NCBI RefSeq assembly: GCF_023055435.1
Contig: NW_025963890.1
Coordinates: 72,292,001-72,356,000 of the forward strand
Direction: 5' to 3'
Length of the DNA: 64,000 bases
From: Haliotis rufescens
Lineage: Eukaryota
The position numbers and the translations under genes were made by a program. The notes under the pieces are model-generated. The model was given only the letters and a program-made list of their open reading frames with translations, searched no databases and was not told where the DNA came from. Of this stretch, positions 53,631-64,000 are shown in pieces (position 1 is the first letter of the stretch; each line of letters opens with the position of its first letter).

Positions 53631-54679
53631 ATTACTTTCAACAGTAAACAAGAAAACCATTACACTGCCTGTGGAGATGTAAGAAACATCCTTGCACATA
53701 TGCGAGTGGGAGACGCGGCTGGTTGATACGGTACACCCAGGTATTTTGTATTCTCAGGAGCAAGCATTTCTGAACTCGTTATGTATCTGTAAACATAAGC
53801 GCATCGTGGGCAAATAGAGCCTTACGTAACTGGCGTTGACGTGTGCCGTTAAATTGAGGCGGTTCACGAAGTAGATTAATTCAGGGCTACCTTACAAGTT
53901 GGCTCTGCGCTGTTTCGGCCACAGAAGCGGTACAATCGTGGCCGACACTGCAGCAACCTCTCCGAGACAATCACACGTAATGTCATGTATTATGTATAAT
54001 GAGGTTAATGTGTTGCTAAATCCCCCACACAGCCACCTATCACAACCTTAAACATCACGGTATCATTAAAACACGCAGAGACAATGACTGCTTCTAAAGA
54101 TACGAAGTTTAGTGTATTTGCAATGACTTGTTTAAATAAGATTTTGAGTTTATTTACTATTTGGACTTGTTTAACCGGGATTATTACCGTTAACGTTAAA
54201 CTTGAATGAACTTTAATGAAGAAAATCGCTTTCGCTAGAATTAACGGTATTGTGTAATCATGTATTCGACGGCAATTTTACCGTTATAATACATATCCTT
54301 CATTAACTTGATTGTGTATAAATATATGTAAGTTGGGTAATGTATATTGAGTCAATTAAGCAAACTTAATCGTAAGTATAAAATAAATATTTAATCTTTA
54401 ATCCTATGTTCACGTTTCATCAAAACGGTAAGTAATAACCAGATCTTTAATCTTAAATCCGATCCTGATATTTCGATAAAATTTCATTTTGCTGTGATTT
54501 ATGTGGTTGTTGAATATTTAAACTTAGTTATTTACATTAAAATTAATTAGTTAATGCAACAGTAACTCATGACTTCCCACTGCTGACTTTTTGTTGTTTT
54601 GAGAGTGTCAACAAGTCCCATGAACCAGCAGTGTCGATCTATGTACTGGTGCCGTATCCTTCAACGTTTGTATATGTTA

Positions 54680-54836
54680 GGGGCAGTAGCCTTGTGGTTA
54701 AAGCGTTCGCTCGTCTCGCCGAAGCCCCGAGTTTGATTCCCGACATGGGTACATTTTGTGAAGCCCATTTCAGGTGTCCCGCGCAGGGATATTGCTGGAT
54801 TATTGCTAAATGCGGTGTAAAACCAAACTCACTCAC
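54680..54836 (+). mobile_element. tRNA-derived SINE, family A
   Basis: Homologous to the 18513 copy; perfect 12-bp TSD ttgtatatgtta (54668-54679 / 54837-54848). Confidence 0.92.
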
Positions 54837-55194
54837 TTGTATATGTTATACAATCGATATGTAAAAGGATACGTTCCTACTGCGTTTTTAAATCTTTTAG
54901 GTACATATGTAAGCTAATAAACTAAAGAAAGCCTAAGCTAACGCGATCCATACTATGAGGCGTACATGTGTATTATGGATATGAACAAGTCATTACACGA
55001 TATGTTTCTGAGCTGTTATTTTATAAAATTCTAACACGTATATGCCTGTTCGTGTTGCTTTTGCTGATGAGGATGAGAATATTTGGATGCTCGAGCGGGG
55101 ATATTGTACAGTTGCAACATCGAAGAAACAATCGTTTTTAGTTTCAACGAAGTCGGTAAACGCGGTATCGTGTCGCTGTATTGTCTGGTCGACA

Positions 55195-55283
55195 ATCACT
55201 AAATTGTCTTCTCCAGACTCGATTATTTACCGGCCGTCGTCGTATGGTAGGAGTATTGCTGGGCGGCGTTAGGCAACAGACAA
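55195..55283 (+). mobile_element. 3' fragment of retroposon family C
   Basis: atcact..attgtct..tccagactcgattattta...gcggcgtta. Confidence 0.65.
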
Positions 55284-55345
55284 GTATGTTTTTCTTTATT
55301 ATGCAAATTGTGAGTATGTGAATAATGTTAACAGCTATTTTATCT

Positions 55346-55348
<3 letters not shown>

Positions 55349-55435
<87 letters not shown>
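55349..55435. repeat. (GA)n microsatellite
   Basis: Direct inspection. Confidence 0.98.
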
Positions 55436-55436
<1 letters not shown>

Positions 55437-55531
55437 AGTTATTTCTCATTTAAAATTTAAAAGTACATTTAAAAGTATTATTGAACAGTGAATTTTAACA
55501 AAGTAACATTATACTGTCAGTACGACAACAG

Positions 55532-55593
55532 GTGAGGTGAAGTGGAGTTTAACGTCGCGTCCAAGATTAGTGCACTTATATAGCGACGTGCAT

Positions 55594-55654
<61 letters not shown>

Positions 55655-55930
55655 TTTGTGAGTGTGGCTGCTTGTCCTAGTCCGGATCAATGCCCATTTT
55701 ATAGTGCCTGCCCACTGAGATACCATGCCGCAGTTTAACATGAATACCCCTAATCAGACACAGTATACTGACTCCGAGTCGACAGTCCTTGTTTTAGCCC
55801 CCTAAATGCTGAGCGCCAGGCAGGGTAATAACAAGTACCATCTTTTTAACTTCCGTTGGTAAGACGCGGCAGGGGATGGAACCCCGGATCTCCCGTTCTC
55901 TGGGCGGACGCTCTACCACTAGACCACGGA
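55532..55930 (-). mobile_element. tRNA-derived SINE, family D (central domain resembles the Meta domain), with internal microsatellite
   Basis: Head TCCGTGGTCTAGTGGTAGAGCG...GGTTCCATCCC; body CCTGCCTGGCGCTCAGCAT...GGAGTCAGTATACTGTGTC...GCACTATAAA; internal (TC)n(CA)n; 7-bp TSD acaacag. The Meta-domain assignment is from recall. Confidence 0.75.
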
Positions 55931-56956
55931 ACAACAGCTTTGACGGTGGACACCGAGACAACGTCAATAACCGACGCACACTCAACTGACACAAAAACAA
56001 CTTGTGATCAGAAATATAATAACAGTCGTAACAGTTTCGAAATCATACTTGTTTTGTCAATCGGGTTTCCAAAATTCCAAATATTGTACACAGTAAATAA
56101 ATTCAAGCGCTCCGAAAGGTTTTTAGTCGTTAAGGTTTGGTGCCACGAAGTCATTGCAAAACACGACGGCATTGCTTCGACGTTGACCGTCTCTTGGCAA
56201 GGACGCGACATAGCGTTTATCCATAATTGACGTTATGAAAGCAGCAGCCCCGTCTACTTGTGGGTCTGTCAGCCCTTGAAGGGTTAAGGTGTGAAGGCGC
56301 AGAGAATGTTGATATGTTATCGCATTACAGATTCGTATGGTTGTTGTTATGTGGTTTTAAAAGCCCCTGCCAAGATGTATGATAAATATATGTGTTTATT
56401 ACAGCCACGTATGTTTAGTTTGATCCTGTAAATTTAATAATAATATTGAGAAGAATAAGAATAAAATGGCTTCATATATATTTCAATCTTCATAATAAAC
56501 CATTTTTCAAGATAGAAGTTATTTTCTTGTCGAATAAATTGGGCTCAAATAAGAAAGTTACATCTAAAGTTTTCTTTCTCATTACAACTGCTTAACACCG
56601 CTGATGAGGAAAGAAAATAAGCAGATATTTCACCATAACTTATGTAAATAACACAGAAATTGCAAGGCAGGATATGAAGTTTATATTCTAAATAATTTCT
56701 TTTTCATCATGAACAGGAAGGTGGAATGTGTGCATTTTAAATGATCAAAACCAACTTAGGTTATAAAAATGGAGTCTAGCTAGCTGTATTCACCTAAAAC
56801 CAGCATTAAAAACAACAATTACAAATTAAATTATAAAAATGTTAGTGTAATTAATGGTTTCATAGAATATGTGTTGTATGTTGGTCAAGGTAAACTTCAA
56901 CCCCATAGAGCACTACCTCACTTTGAATCTTCTCTGGAAAGGACCAATTTTAACCA

Positions 56957-57103
56957 NNNNNNNNNNNNNNNNNNNNNNNNNNNNNNNNNNNNNNNNNNNN
57001 NNNNNNNNNNNNNNNNNNNNNNNNNNNNNNNNNNNNNNNNNNNNNNNNNNNNNNNNNNNNNNNNNNNNNNNNNNNNNNNNNNNNNNNNNNNNNNNNNNNN
57101 NNN
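56957..57103. other. Assembly gap (N run)
   Basis: Run of n. Confidence 1.
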
Positions 57104-57198
57104 GAAAAAGACAGAAAAAGATACACAGAGAGAGCTGGAGAGAGACAGAAAGATACAGAGGGAGAGAGCGAGAGCGGAGAGCTACAGAGAGAGAGAGA

Positions 57199-57233
<35 letters not shown>
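57104..57233. repeat. GA-rich tract and (GAT)n microsatellite beside the gap
   Basis: Direct inspection. Confidence 0.9.
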
Positions 57234-57234
<1 letters not shown>

Positions 57235-58050
57235 ACACTTGACATGGGAGGATGATCTATATGGTTTGGTTTCACGCCACGTTGACAGTATTTCAGTAAC
57301 ATCCCGGCGTGTCAGCATGGTATGGACGAAAAACCCAAAGTTATGTATGCAGATCGTATATATATGTATATGTGGAAACACCATGAATTACTTATATTAC
57401 GATAGCTTGTCTGTGTGTATCTGTTTTACAGGATGATAAATAAATAATCGCATGCCATCACCGTAAGTTAAATGCGCTCCGCTTCAAATACTTATCCTCT
57501 CTACACATGCAAAATAAATGACTCATGCTATCTACCAGGATGTCTCGCATCTGCTTCGTCTCTCATATCAAGTGGCATTTATGTCATACAAATATAAGAC
57601 ACGTCCTTGAAGCTTGTTAAAGAGCCCCTCCCGCTGTGGCTATCTAACTAACTGTTTGATACAGACTGAAATCACTCGTAGGTACAGCTGTTTTCCACGA
57701 ATATACGGCTTCATACATAAATAGGCATCCTGTTTTAGAAAGATGACCCGGGGCCCCTATTCGGACACACCAGAACAGATGCTAGGAACATAAACAGTGA
57801 ACACCAAATACTGGAACACCAAGGCTTCTGTTGACACAAAGTGTGCATTACTGGGGGGCATTGATTTGTGTTAGGATAATAGCTTCAAAAACAATTTATT
57901 TTCCGTTTATATCATTCTTGGGTGAACCTGATTACTAAACCCATAGAACATGTCAAAGCGTCTATTTACTTGACGTACATATGTGTTACACAAGCTTTGA
58001 TAGGGATAGGGATGAGTGTGGGACCTGAATGTGTGTGGTTTGCTACTTGG

Positions 58051-58183
58051 GTGAATAGTTTTACGACGCTTTTAGCAATATCCCAGCAATATCACGGCGG
58101 GGGGCACCAGAAATGTGCTTCACACTTTGAATCCATGTGGGGAATCGAACCCGGTTCTGACCACTAGGCTACCCTACCGCCCC
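58051..58183 (-). mobile_element. tRNA-derived SINE, family A, internally deleted
   Basis: Reverse-complement copy lacking the segment between the A and B boxes; 13-bp TSD, 11/13 (58038-58050 / 58184-58196). Confidence 0.88.
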
Positions 58184-58349
58184 GTTCGCTGCTTGGAGAT
58201 ACTACCATACACATAGTATCCCACGTTGCCATGCAACTACCAGACACATAGTACCCACGTTGCCATGCAACTGAGCAGGTTCAGATTCATTTAAAGTTTA
58301 ATGAAAAGTTCACAATTCAAGTACACCGATTGCTGTTTTCTTGTTACGT

Positions 58350-58623
58350 CTTGATTGTTTGTTTATTTGTTTGTTGTTTAACGCCGCACTCAGCAATATT
58401 TTAGCCAAATGACGGCGGTCTGTAATTAATCGAGTCTGGACCAGACAATCCAGTGATTGACATAATGAGCATCGATCCACGCAATTGGGATACGATGGCA
58501 GGCATCAACCAAGTCAGCGAACCTGACCACCCGATCCCGTTAGTCGCCTCTTACAAGCATAGTCGCCAATTACGAAAAGCATGGGTTGTTGAAGATCTAT
58601 TCTACCCCGGATCTTCACGGGTC
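58350..58623 (-). mobile_element. Non-autonomous retroposon, family C (no tRNA head), full length
   Basis: Starts GACCCGTGAAGATCC on -, ends GCGGCGTTAAACAAC(AAAC)n; 11-bp TSD tct(t/a)gttacgt (58339-58349 / 58624-58634). Confidence 0.85.
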
Positions 58624-58863
58624 TCTAGTTACGTGACAGTATGAAATAGCCCAGCATCCTTCTCAAATGTTGAGTTGTGTATATGCATGCCTTGGAACGG
58701 AAGGTCATGGTCGAAGGACAAAGGCTGACACTTACCGAATAATAAAGATAATAAATATATAATATAATATAATAAAGATTTCGTTCTTGAAAAGCAACAT
58801 CAGGGTTATTGTGAAGTGGACGCAAGGACTAGAGGTATATATAACCTGGTCTAGTTTACAACG

Positions 58864-58997
58864 GAGTGAGTGAGTAGGGTTTTACGACGCTTTTAGCAAT
58901 ATTCCAGTAATGAGACACCAGAAATGGGCTTCACACATCGTACCGATGTGAGGAATCGAAACGAGTATTCAGCGTGACGAGCGAACGCTTTAACCAC
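58864..58997 (-). mobile_element. tRNA-derived SINE, family A, 5'-clipped
   Basis: Reverse complement of the family A body and tail; abuts a family B copy. Confidence 0.85.
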
Positions 58998-59001
58998 CTT
59001 T

Positions 59002-59212
59002 GTGAGTGAGTGAGTGAGTGAGTGAGTTTGGTTTAACGCTGATTTGAACAGTATTTCAGTTATATTACCGGGTGTAAGTGTGATGAGGAAAGCCTACTTT
59101 TGACGTTTACCACGGGTATCCTGCTGACAAACGTAAAAATATTATCTCTGTGAATCTGGGAGTCGAACCCACGAGGATAGGTTTCTGTCAAAGCAAAGGG
59201 ACGTAACTCTGA
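59002..59212 (-). mobile_element. SINE family B copy
   Basis: (GAGT)n tail, ggtttaacgc...acagtatttcagttatat, gacgtttaccac, gtcgaacccacga...aagggacg.aact. Confidence 0.75.
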
Positions 59213-59407
59213 CCAGCAAATTCTTTTACTTTTGGGTCGTTTATTTATATATAGATGTATCTAACAATAATTATCCGAAAGGCAGGTTCCGCACTATCGG
59301 GGATTCGGAGTCGGTATTTACAAAAGCAAAGAGAATTTTAACATGAAACATCACTGCAATTAAGAATTCGTAAAGTTGAAACACACGAGGCAATTCCAAT
59401 GATAGCT

Positions 59408-59563
59408 GGGGCGGTCGGGTAGCCTAGTGGTTAAAGCGTTCGCTCGACACGCCGAAGATCCGGGTTCGATTCCCGACATGGGTACAATGTGTGCCCACTA
59501 CTGTGTGATACCGTGATATTGCTGGAATATTGCTAAAAGCGGCGTCAAACATTACTCACTCCT
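59408..59563 (+). mobile_element. tRNA-derived SINE, family A
   Basis: A/B boxes intact; TSD atgatagct / atgctagct (59399-59407 / 59564-59572). Confidence 0.9.
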
Positions 59564-59769
59564 ATGCTAGCTTCCGTTCTAATGGATTAATCCAGAGACC
59601 ATTCAAATCAACATGCACGAAACTACATGTTCCATGTTAACGGGTTTCGGTTCTATTATTAATGCTCATGCTTATCCAGGTGATTAGTCACGTTTAGTAT
59701 CATGGATACCGTTTATAATTCATATTGGTGCATGGTGTTCACCTATGTGATCTCATAACTATGCCAGTT

Positions 59770-60011
59770 ACCCGTGAATATCCATGTTAGAACAGGTTTG
59801 AAGCAACCCATGCTTACCGTTAGAGGCGACTAACGGGATCGGGTGGTCAGACTCGCTGACTTCGATTGCATGTCATCGTATCCTATATGCGTGGATCTCT
59901 GTATCATGGGGTCAATCACTGGATTGTCTGGTCCAGACTCGATTATTTACAGACCGCCGTCATATAGCTGAAATATTGCTGACTGCGGCCTTAAACAACA
60001 AACAAACAAAC
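59770..60011 (+). mobile_element. Retroposon family C copy
   Basis: acccgtgaa...gaggcgactaacgggatcgggtggtcag...ccagactcgattatttacagaccgccgtcatatagctgaaatattgctg...(AAAC)n. Confidence 0.85.
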
Positions 60012-60284
60012 TGTACTAATAAACTTGGCATAAACCCATTTCTTCAAAACTTACCTCAAAACACATTGTTCGTGAACAAATCAATTAATCATGCCATATT
60101 TTCTTTTCGATAGCAGTGATCGCATGCCTGTTTGGTGGCATAAGAAAAAGTTACCGTCTATGAATTATAAAATTAATAATTTTGCACAAAGACAAAAAAT
60201 ACCCAGAGGTTCCATGTGACGTAACATCCAGTACTATTCACAGTCTTAAATAACACATTCACTCACTCACTCTCAACAAGCAAA

Positions 60285-60609
60285 CCGCCTCCGTGGTCTA
60301 ATGGATAGGTCGTCTGTCCGGAGAGTGGAGGGTTCGATCCCCTGGCCGCGTCATACAAACATATTTTAAGAGATGGTACTTGTTGTTACCATGCTTGGCG
60401 CTCTGCATTAAGGGGCTAAAACAAGGACTTGGCGCCGTTGTACAAAACATTCTTTGCGCCAAGTTGATCGTAACTCCCATACCTTATCATAGATTTACGA
60501 CAGTCGTAGAGCTTAAGTTGTTTTGTACAACGGCACCCTGGTCGGCTAGGAGTCAGTATACTGTGTCTGAGTGGGGTATTCATGTTAAACTGCGGCATGG
60601 TATCTCAGT
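60285..60609 (+). mobile_element. SINE family D copy, 3'-truncated, interrupted by a MITE
   Basis: Colinear with the reverse complement of 55715-55930 except for the insertion at 60431-60537. Confidence 0.8.
60431..60537. mobile_element. Short palindromic MITE, same family, variant TIRs
   Basis: TIRs 17/18 (ggcgccgttgtacaaaac / gttttgtacaacggcacc); flanks ctt/ctg; shared core gatcgtaactcccatac...ttacgac.gtcgtag. Confidence 0.8.
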
Positions 60610-60670
60610 TGTCTCTTAACAAGCAGAAACACCACAATTCGACGTAGATGGCGCGGCTGTATTCTTGACG

Positions 60671-60964
60671 TAGTAAACACTCTTAACTCAAGTTCTAGGA
60701 CCATCAGAAACATTTCGAGCTTCCCTAGTGCGATAAAACAGACATTCCGTGAATATGTAGTAACTTTCCCCTCTATGATAAACTTGTATTCCTTATACAG
60801 AAAAACCCAGATAACTCGAATAACTAGAGACCAAGGAAAATACATTCGAGACAAGCGGGGTACCGTAATTAGACTACAAAGCCTTTAAATACAGGCACCA
60901 TTAAGATTCATTATCTTGAAAGGAAGTTCGAGTTAATCAAGTTCGATTTAAAGAGGTTTCACTG
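60671..60964. mobile_element. Decayed pogo/Tigger-like MITE
   Basis: tagtaaacactctt...aagaggtttcactg ends; repeated ataactcga/ttcgagtta motifs. Confidence 0.4.
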
Positions 60965-61616
60965 CTTCATATTATAATTCGTGTCATCCGAACCTAGTCT
61001 AGTGTATGTGTCGACGTGGAGAGGCAAGGGAGTTGAAGTCGCTGTTTCTCAGCTCCTCGTTGACGACACCTGGATCTTACTGTGAGCAATTGTAGTCTAT
61101 TCTCAAATAATTCCCAGCTTAATTGTTCCAAGAAGAATAATTTCCCCCAGTACCTCTGGCGACCCTAAAGCCAGGGAGCCACTCCATGGATTTGAACAAA
61201 ATTAAGGACAAGAATGTGCGAACTATCATCTTCAGTTTGAATATTAACCAGGGATTTCCTGTCACAGACCATGGCCTATATTCCGACATGACGGCAGTAT
61301 AAAAGTTAAAAGGACAGCGCCGACTATGCTACAAATCAAAGACAACGTTTTAACCAAATTCCCTTAATTGGCCAAAGGAATAGAGCGACATTGTCATCTG
61401 ACACAGATGGTCCCGCTAGTTTAGATAATTGCATTTTGAAAGTACAGCAAAAATGAGTATCTCCTTCCATACAGATGGGTATAGAGGGGGCTAATGCAGT
61501 TAGAGCCGGTCGGCATCAATCAGTTAAAACAGCATGCTCCTCGGCCCCCTTGGGGCAGGACCAAGGTCTGAACCTTTCATCCACGTTAACCTTATCTTCA
61601 GGTTTAAGTTTAACTT

Positions 61617-61945
61617 TGGGTGCAGATGCTTGTGAACTGTAATAGTCTATAGGCGTCATTTAAAGGAGTGTGTGACCTCTGCTCTCTATTGTTACGGGTA
61701 AAGGAACACCAGGAGTCTATTTATCATTGGGTTCAGATGCTTATACAATGCAGTAGTCAGTAGGCGTTATTTAAAGGGAGTCTGTGACCTCTGCTTCCTA
61801 TTGTTACGGGTAAAGGAACACTAGGAGTCTATATATCATTGGGTTCAGATGCTTATACAATGCAGTAGTCAGTAGGCGTTATTTAAAGGGAAGCTGTGAC
61901 CTCTGCTTCCTATTGTTACAGGTAAGGGAACAGCATGATTCTATA
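61617..61945. repeat. ~111-112-bp tandem triplication
   Basis: Units start at 61617, 61728 and 61840. Confidence 0.9.
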
Positions 61946-62440
61946 CCATTAATCCAGCGATGCTGTACATCACATTAACGGTGACACTGATACCAAGGAA
62001 TAAGCTTCTATATAGACACCTTGGTCGTAAAATAGCTATCGTCGTAGATCTCTGTTGCATAATGCATAGGTCCATATAGCTCTTGTCTCCTAAATGATAA
62101 CACGCCCGTTAATGACACTCGTGTAAGTGCTTGATTAGAGAATAATGTGCGAAGGACGATATCAGAATTCAGCTCTAAAAGTATGGCAGTGTATAAAATG
62201 GCAGTATAAAGCTAACTTTTATTACGTATTTTAATTACACGGCCTTTCCACAGAAATAAATATATTTCGCCAGCATTTCGCGAACATCTGGTGTCATCAC
62301 TGATTTTTAGGGATATGTTGCTCCTCATATCAGTTGTTTCACGTTATGTCCACTCAATGTGACATGAACGTCTAACGTTGCGCAGGTCGACGACGTCTTT
62401 GAAGAAACGCACAATAATGCTAATGGCTAAAGATGCTTTC

Positions 62441-63000
62441 TCCATGGTCTAGTGGTACAGTGTCTGCCCGGGGAGCGGAGGGTTGGTGGTTCGATCCCCG
62501 GCCGTGTCATACCAAAAGACGTTAAAATATGGTGAATTTTGTCGCTCTGTCTGGAGATCAACATTAAGGGGAAAACATTTTTAACATCCATGATAAACGT
62601 CGGCATAGCATTATATACTCACCGCCAAAAGAAACGCGAATACCATACATGTTGGTTAATATTATGAAGAATTACTTCGGTTACATCGATTGGTTAACAC
62701 AAACGAACGAACATAATGGTATGTTGTGTTAACCGACGCTCATGAACGCATCACATGTGACGTCATAGATCCATGACTCGAGATTCACCCTTTGTCTCGT
62801 TCTGGAATAGCGTGAAAAGTTTGGAGATCACGCGAAACATATCGTGAAAAGAATAAGGACACTCTGTGGTTACAGTTGACTGATTGTTAGTTTCGTCATT
62901 AATATGTACACACTGGAAACAGTTCTTCTTAACGTACATACTTTTCTATATGTTTCTATGGTTCGCGTTTCTTTTGGCGGTGAGTATAGTAAAAGCCCCC

Positions 63001-63031
<31 letters not shown>

Positions 63032-63147
63032 ACACACTCATACGCGCAAACGCACACACACGCACACACATACACACACGTGCACGACGCTAGATACGTG
63101 AAATGACCTTGAACACGACGTTAAACCCCATTTCGCCTTACCTCACT
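62441..63147 (+). mobile_element. Diverged SINE family D copy split by a Tc1/mariner-type MITE
   Basis: Head 62441-62570 (tggtctagtggt...ggttcgatcccc); (CA)n plus tail gcacgacgcta...cgacgttaaaccc at 63017-63147 matches the tail of the 55532 copy. Confidence 0.65.
62614..62988. mobile_element. Tc1/mariner-type MITE
   Basis: Perfect 27-bp inverted termini including the TA: tatactcaccgccaaaagaaacgcgaa (62614-62640 / 62962-62988). No coding capacity. Confidence 0.88.
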
Positions 63148-64000
63148 TATCTCTATACTAACAACAGGTAGAATATCATATGCCAAACTGGATATTTATA
63201 GTACTACTCTAATCAAAGATCAGAGGATCCGATGCGTCTAAGGGATGCTACTCTGCATAGCGAGTTGCGACGCCATAGATCATTGATTACGCCAGTTCAC
63301 TGAGACTGATACTCAACCTAAACACTACCACCTGTTTAATGCTGTTTCAAAACACACATGTAGTTGCTTCAGCTCTTAATCTTCCTTTATCCTCAACTGA
63401 CAACGTGGAGCCATGTATACTACAAACAGACAACATAGATTAGACATATTTGATTAAGACATGAGATCAGGGACAGGTTGCCCTTGCGCAGATAAACCGG
63501 CTCCAATTCGCGTTTAGAAACATTATAATCACAATATAATGCACATGAAGAAATGATGGATGGGATGCACGAAGAATCAGGTTTCATAATTTAATTAATC
63601 ATTTTGATTGAAGATTAAGATTTAAGAACCTCTGAAGTGTTACCAGTGCAAAATGGGCCCACACCCACATCCACACCTACATCCACAAACCCACACCCTC
63701 TCACCTTCTTTCCCTCAAACTATTTTAGCATTCACACTCTCACAACGACTCCGAACAATCCGTAATTACAGTAGATTGAACGACGTTAACGCGCCACTGT
63801 TTAGACGTTACGTCAGTGTGTGCATCGGCGTCGAGATTGACTAGTCACTTAACAGACCCCAGCAGCCAATGTACACAGCTATATTGTGAAACCCTAGCCC
63901 CGCGTTGATAAGCTGGTAATATGAGTATGTGACCTCGCATTTTTTGGCATGTGGGGTTGTCCTCGCTATGTGAAGTGCTGACTGATAAACGCGTTCACAT

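Noticed and set aside
53613-53645. Possible Su(H) paired site
   Set aside because: The second half (TTCAACAG) does not match TTCYCACR; only a single site is supported.
56869-57436. ORFs spanning X runs and poly-Met/Asp/Ser
   Set aside because: Artefacts of the N gap and the (GAT)n repeat.

Overview
Eukaryotic, repeat-rich animal genomic DNA. The SINE families look like those I recall from gastropod molluscs, probably abalone (Haliotis); this is inference from recall, not a search. There is no long genuine ORF: the long entries in the ORF track are mostly translations of minisatellites, microsatellites, decayed LINEs or the N-gap. The only well-supported gene piece is on the minus strand and is absent from the ORF track: a promoter-like region (~53340-53630), a leader with upstream ATGs, and an 85-nt first coding exon (52820-52736) encoding a signal-peptide-like sequence (MVSLSTQSVGMDGLLRILLLSFNVWLSV) that ends at a canonical G|GTAAGT phase-1 donor. 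Most of the window to its left is therefore probably a very large first intron of an unidentified secreted or membrane protein gene. That intron is rich in enhancer-like unique blocks and lacks recognisable young SINEs over ~28 kb. The rest is four SINE-like families sharing a 3' tail, several MITEs, decayed L1/Tx1-like LINE relics, minisatellites with higher-order structure, microsatellites and one assembly gap. Most notable: (1) a 176-bp near-perfect palindrome carrying a Penelope-type minimal hammerhead ribozyme core with the U3:A8 variant; (2) a retroposon family with no Pol III head, a fixed 5' end and a compact predicted pseudoknot; (3) a candidate terminal exon that would join the signal peptide to a short prepropeptide with an RARKR site; (4) a palindromic MITE family whose three copies all sit inside other repeats.
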